From an uncultured Acidobacteriota bacterium (GTDB lineage Bacteria > Acidobacteriota > Polarisedimenticolia > J045), in assembly GCA_963702425.1 (NCBI GenBank), contig CAVPCQ010000039.1:1-64000 (forward strand): a stretch of DNA of 64,000 bases, read 5' to 3'. Of this stretch, positions 59,978-64,000 are shown piece by piece. The notes under the pieces are model-generated. The model did no database searches. It saw only the letters and a program-made list of their open reading frames with translations, and was not told the DNA's origin. The first letter of the stretch is position 1. The number at the start of each line of letters is the position of its first letter. A program made the position numbers and the translations under genes.

Positions 59978-62041
59978 ATGGTTTCAAAGCACGATCCCGT
60001 CGGCTCCGGGGCCGGCTCCGGCAGCGTCGCCCGCATCGGTTCCTGCGAGGTGCTGGAACTCGCGTACCGCGCTGCGACCGGCGGAGTCTACCTCGCGCGC
60101 CGGCCCGGCAGCGATGCCCCGGTCCTTGTCGCGCGCCCGCGTCAGCCGTCCGGTCTGCCGTCGGACGAACACGAGGAAACCGCGGCCCGCGCGGCGCGCG
60201 GGCTCCAGGGCGCGCTCGCGTTCCAGCATCCGGGTGCGGCCCGCGTCGTCGAGGCCGGGGAGGACGACGGCGGTGCGTTCGTCGCCTGGCTGCGCCCGCC
60301 GGGGACGCGTCTCGACGCCTTCACGGCGCGCGGCCTCGCGCTTCCCGCCGGCCACGTCGTGGAGATCGGCCGGCGGCTCGCACAGGTGCTGGGAGCGGCG
60401 CACCGCGCCGGTCTCGTCCACGGCGACCTCCGGCCTTCGCACGTCGTGCTGGCCGACGACGGGAGCCTGCAGCTCGTCGGCTTCGGCCTCGCCCCCGGCG
60501 GTGCGGCGCCGTCGCTGCGCGAGGACGCCTCCTTCGCACCGGCCGACTTCCTCGCTCCCGAGCAGGTCGCCGGCCGTGCGCCCGACCCGCGCTCGGACCT
60601 CTTCTCGCTCGCCGCGCTGCTCTATGCGCTCGCCTCCGGGCGCACGCCGTTCGGCGGGGAATCGCCCTCGTCGGTGCTCTACCGGATCGTGAACGAGCCG
60701 CCGCGCCCGCTGCGCGAATGGACTCCGGAGCTTCCACCGGCGCTCGACGTCTTCTTCGCGCGGGCGCTCGAGAAGGACCCCGAGGCGCGCTATGCGGACG
60801 CGGCGGCGTTCGAGCGGGCGCTCGCGGAGCTGGCGGATCTCCCGCTCCCGCGCGATCCGATCGTTCCGCCGGCCGGGGAGCCCATGCGCCCGGCGCCCGA
60901 CATCGGGGCCGACGACGAACGACCGCCCGCCTCGCGTGACACGCCGCGGGCCGCGCGCGTGCGCCGCCGCTCGCGGCCGCTGGCGATCCTTGCCGGCCTC
61001 GCTGCTGCTCTGTTCGTCACGATTCTGCTCTGGGTCGTGCCCTACCGGTTGGGAGTGGACCCGTTCGCGGCGCGGCGCCGCGGCGTCGAAGACCAGTTCG
61101 AGCGCGCGCTCGGCCCGCTCGGACGTGCATTGAGGACGACGGAGCCGGAGCGACGCCTCGCGGTCGAGACCGAGCCCGCGGGGCTGGCCTGGGTCGTCGA
61201 GGGCGGGGCACGGCGCGACGAGCAGGGGTTGCTCGCCTGGTTCCCGAACGCCACCGCGCCGATCGAACTGCGCGTCGACGACCCGTGCCGCGACGGTGCG
61301 GCGCGCTTCGCCCCGTCGTCGGCGCCCGAGCGGCTCGTGATCGCCACCGCCCCGCGCCGCGAGGAATTCCCGCTCGCAACCGATCCGGCCGGCGCGGAGG
61401 TGCTGATCGACGGCACCGCGCAGCCGGAGCGGACCCCGACGCGGCTCGTGCTCGAGCGCTGCCGCGGGCACCTCCTCGAGCTTCGGTCGCCGGGGCGCAG
61501 TGCCAGGACGGTGACCCTCGACGCGGGCGAAGCGGTCGAGACCTGGCGCGCCGCGCTGGCTTCGGTCGTGCTGTCGCCGCTTCCCAAGGGCTGGGTCGTC
61601 GTGCCCCCCGCCCCCCCCGGGCTCGCAGTCGAACTCCTGGCCCGCAGCGAGGGGGGCCTCACGCGCCTCGGTGTCGGCGGAGAGACGATCGAACTCGATC
61701 CGGGCCGCTGGCGGCTGGTGCTGCGCGCCCCCGGCGCGCTTTTCGAGCAGGAGCTGGACGTCGAACTGGCCGAGGGGGCGCGCACGACGCTTCCGGTGCG
61801 CTACCCTTCGCTCGGCTGGCTCTCGGTGCGCGCCGCGCCGCCCGGCGGGCCGGTGCTGGTCCGGCGGGGAGGCGGCCCGGAGGTCGGCCTCGGGGATGCG
61901 GCGATCGCAAAGCACCCGCTCGTGGCGGGCGAGTACACCGTGATTCTGGTCCACCCGGGCACCGGTGCGCGGACCACGCGAACGGTGCGCGTGCGCGCCG
62001 GCGAGACGACGGAGATCCGAGTGGGGAGCAACGAATGGTGA
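59978..62041 (+). CDS. Ser/Thr kinase-like membrane protein (degenerate catalytic motifs) with extracellular PEGA-like domains
   Basis: HGDLRPSHV, VGFGLA, LAPEQ, RSDLFSL, GRTPF; central TM; TDPAGAEVLIDG..TP. Confidence 0.85.
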   Translation: MVSKHDPVGSGAGSGSVARIGSCEVLELAYRAATGGVYLARRPGSDAPVLVARPRQPSGLPSDEHEETAARAARGLQGALAFQHPGAARVVEAGEDDGGAFVAWLRPPGTRLDAFTARGLALPAGHVVEIGRRLAQVLGAAHRAGLVHGDLRPSHVVLADDGSLQLVGFGLAPGGAAPSLREDASFAPADFLAPEQVAGRAPDPRSDLFSLAALLYALASGRTPFGGESPSSVLYRIVNEPPRPLREWTPELPPALDVFFARALEKDPEARYADAAAFERALAELADLPLPRDPIVPPAGEPMRPAPDIGADDERPPASRDTPRAARVRRRSRPLAILAGLAAALFVTILLWVVPYRLGVDPFAARRRGVEDQFERALGPLGRALRTTEPERRLAVETEPAGLAWVVEGGARRDEQGLLAWFPNATAPIELRVDDPCRDGAARFAPSSAPERLVIATAPRREEFPLATDPAGAEVLIDGTAQPERTPTRLVLERCRGHLLELRSPGRSARTVTLDAGEAVETWRAALASVVLSPLPKGWVVVPPAPPGLAVELLARSEGGLTRLGVGGETIELDPGRWRLVLRAPGALFEQELDVELAEGARTTLPVRYPSLGWLSVRAAPPGGPVLVRRGGGPEVGLGDAAIAKHPLVAGEYTVILVHPGTGARTTRTVRVRAGETTEIRVGSNEW

Positions 62042-63561
62042 GCCGTGGATTCCGCGTCCGAGGCGCGATCGCGCTCGTCGTCGCCGGCGCGCTGGCGCTC
62101 GCGGTGCCGGCGATCGCGAACGACGGGGACGCGGCCGCCCTCGAGCGGCGCTACCTCGCGGCGCGCGACCTCGAGGCGACCCGCCAGCTCGGCCAGGCCC
62201 GCGAGATGTACCTCGAGATCGCGGCGATCGAGACCGGCAACCCGCGGCGCGACGACGCGCTGCTGGGGCTGACCCGGATCGCGCTCGGGGCGAGCGGTCC
62301 CGACGAGCCGATCCCGCGCACCACGTCCCCGGCGGCGCTGGTGGAGGCGCGCGCCCGGCTGTCGGCGATCGTTGACGGTCCCTCCGGCGCCGATGCCGCC
62401 CCGGAGGCGGCCTACTGGTTGGCACTTCTGATGCTCGAGCCGCGCGCTCCGTTCTTCGACCCGGCGGCTGCGCAAGCCGAGCTCACCGCCTATCCGCGGC
62501 TCTACCCCGGCTCGGCCTTCAGCCGGGGCGCGATGCTGCGGGCGTCCGAGCTGCTGGTCGCGAGCGGCCGCGCCGACGCGGCCCGCCAGCTCGCCTTTCG
62601 CGCCCTGGCCGGCGGCGCCGCGGGGAACGAGGCGGCGCAGGCGTGGCGGGTGCTGGGCGAGGCCGAGGCCCGCGCCGGACGAGCGCAGCCGGCGCTGGTC
62701 GCGCTCGGCCGGAGCGCGGAGCTCGCGTCGGGCGGGCCGCTCGCGCGCGAGGCGACGGACCTGGCGACGATCGTCGACCGGAGCGCCTTCGGCCGCAGCC
62801 GCGGCACGGCCGGCGGCTACGACGCTTCGGGCCAGCCGGTCGGGCTACCGGGGCGCGTGGTCGACCTGGCCGCGCAGGCGGACGGAACGCTGATCGCGCT
62901 GATCGCGCGCGACGGGCAGCTCGTGACGATCGCGCCGGATGGGAAGGCGGGAAACCGGGCGACGGCCCTGGGCGCGACCGCCGTTGCGATCGACCGTTCC
63001 GGCCGGACCTGGCTCGCCGCCCCCGGCAAGCTGCTGAACGGTGACGACGGGGCCACGATTCCGCTCCCCTCCGGGGCCGAGGTCGTCTCGATCGCACCGA
63101 CGGGTCCGCAGGCGGCCTGGGTCGCCGACGCCGACCAGCGCCGGGTGGTGCGCCTGAACGGCGACGGGTCGGTCGCCGTCACGGCTCCGCTGCCACCGCG
63201 TGCCGACCCGGTGCGGGTCGCCGCCGCCGCGGACGGCGGCGTTTGGGTGCTCGAGACGCGGGGCCCGACCCTGCTCGGTTACGGTCCCGGGGGCGAGCAG
63301 CGCGCGGCGGTCGCACTCGCCGAACGGGTCGAGAAGCCGATCGACCTGAGGACCGACGCGCTGGGGAATGTCTACCTGCTCGCGGCGAAGCCGATCGCGG
63401 TCTACGTCTTCGATGCGTCCGGGAAGCTGGCGCTGACCTGGGAACCCGTGTCCGCCGATCCGAACGATGAGTTTCCGCGCCCGTCCCTGCTCGCGATCGA
63501 CGGGGCGGGGGGGATCGCGATCTACGACGCGCGCCGGGAGAACGTGAGATGGTGGCGTTGA
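62035..63561 (+). CDS. Secreted protein with N-terminal TPR-like helices and C-terminal NHL/SMP-30-like beta-propeller
   Basis: Signal peptide; APEAAYWLA, YPGS; blades AVAIDRSGRTW, WVAD, PIDLRTDALGNVYL, LAIDGAGGIAIYD. Confidence 0.75.
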   Translation: MVSRGFRVRGAIALVVAGALALAVPAIANDGDAAALERRYLAARDLEATRQLGQAREMYLEIAAIETGNPRRDDALLGLTRIALGASGPDEPIPRTTSPAALVEARARLSAIVDGPSGADAAPEAAYWLALLMLEPRAPFFDPAAAQAELTAYPRLYPGSAFSRGAMLRASELLVASGRADAARQLAFRALAGGAAGNEAAQAWRVLGEAEARAGRAQPALVALGRSAELASGGPLAREATDLATIVDRSAFGRSRGTAGGYDASGQPVGLPGRVVDLAAQADGTLIALIARDGQLVTIAPDGKAGNRATALGATAVAIDRSGRTWLAAPGKLLNGDDGATIPLPSGAEVVSIAPTGPQAAWVADADQRRVVRLNGDGSVAVTAPLPPRADPVRVAAAADGGVWVLETRGPTLLGYGPGGEQRAAVALAERVEKPIDLRTDALGNVYLLAAKPIAVYVFDASGKLALTWEPVSADPNDEFPRPSLLAIDGAGGIAIYDARRENVRWWR

Positions 63562-63571
63562 GGGTGCCACG

Positions 63572-64000
63572 GTGAGGCGCCGGATCATCGAGTATGGCCT
63601 CGCGGCGGCGCTCGCGGCCGTCGCGCCGGTGTGGGCTGCCGAGCCGGCCGCGGCGCCTGCGCCGGCCCAGCCGACGCCACCGGCAACGCTCGCAACGCTC
63701 GACGACAACCTCGTCACGGCCGCTGCGGCCTTCAACGCGACCGAATGGGAGCGTGCGCTCGAACTCGCCCGCGAGACCGCGAGCGCCGCGGAGATCGCCG
63801 CCAGCGCCGCTGCGGACGATCCGGCCGCTGCCGCCGCGCTGCGCGAGCGGCTGGCGCGGGCCTACGACCTGGGGGCGCAGTCGCGACTCGCCCTCGGAGA
63901 CCGGCGCGGGGCGGGAGAGTCGATCGAGCGCCTGCTGCGGACCCGCCCGGGGTATCGCGTCGACACCGCGGCGAGCGGTCCCGGCTACGCCAAGCTGGTC
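63572..64000 (+). CDS. Secreted TPR-like protein, 3' partial
   Basis: Open frame from GTG at 63572 to the window edge; signal peptide RRRIIEYGLAAALAAVAPVWA; helical repeat character. Confidence 0.6.
   Translation, partial: MRRRIIEYGLAAALAAVAPVWAAEPAAAPAPAQPTPPATLATLDDNLVTAAAAFNATEWERALELARETASAAEIAASAAADDPAAAAALRERLARAYDLGAQSRLALGDRRGAGESIERLLRTRPGYRVDTAASGPGYAKLV

Overview
Very GC-rich bacterial chromosomal window. Gene content (TPR-sulfatase, PEGA kinase, FG-GAP proteins) suggests Acidobacteriota, but that is inference only. A few indels look like consensus errors. From left to right: (1) the 5' ~7.8 kb of a giant secreted protein on the minus strand, made of at least five tandem 7-bladed FG-GAP propellers separated by Cys/Asp motifs, with near-identical ~1.67 kb DNA repeats; (2) an archaeal-type HMG-CoA synthase/thiolase/DUF35 cluster preceded by an unknown two-repeat protein; (3) Rrf2, an SDR, a radical SAM-DUF2344 fusion, RNase E/G and an FmdB-type zinc ribbon; (4) a sigma54-driven 7-gene operon encoding a lysine-less membrane-anchored GcvH-like protein, a 4x[4Fe-4S] protein, a NrfD/HybB membrane protein, a heme-motif sensor kinase, a sigma54 activator, a His-less pseudo-kinase and an archaemetzincin, with no catalytic oxidoreductase subunit (best candidate for an uncharacterised system); (5) miscellaneous hydrolases, PBP1B, a pseudopilin and glycogen phosphorylase; (6) gap-pgk-tpiA-secG-tRNA-Leu(GAG); (7) an 11-gene complex I operon lacking nuoEFG, followed by F0 ATP synthase genes only; (8) a pseudokinase-PEGA / TPR-propeller cluster running off the right edge. 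No CRISPR array, rRNA or mobile element was seen.
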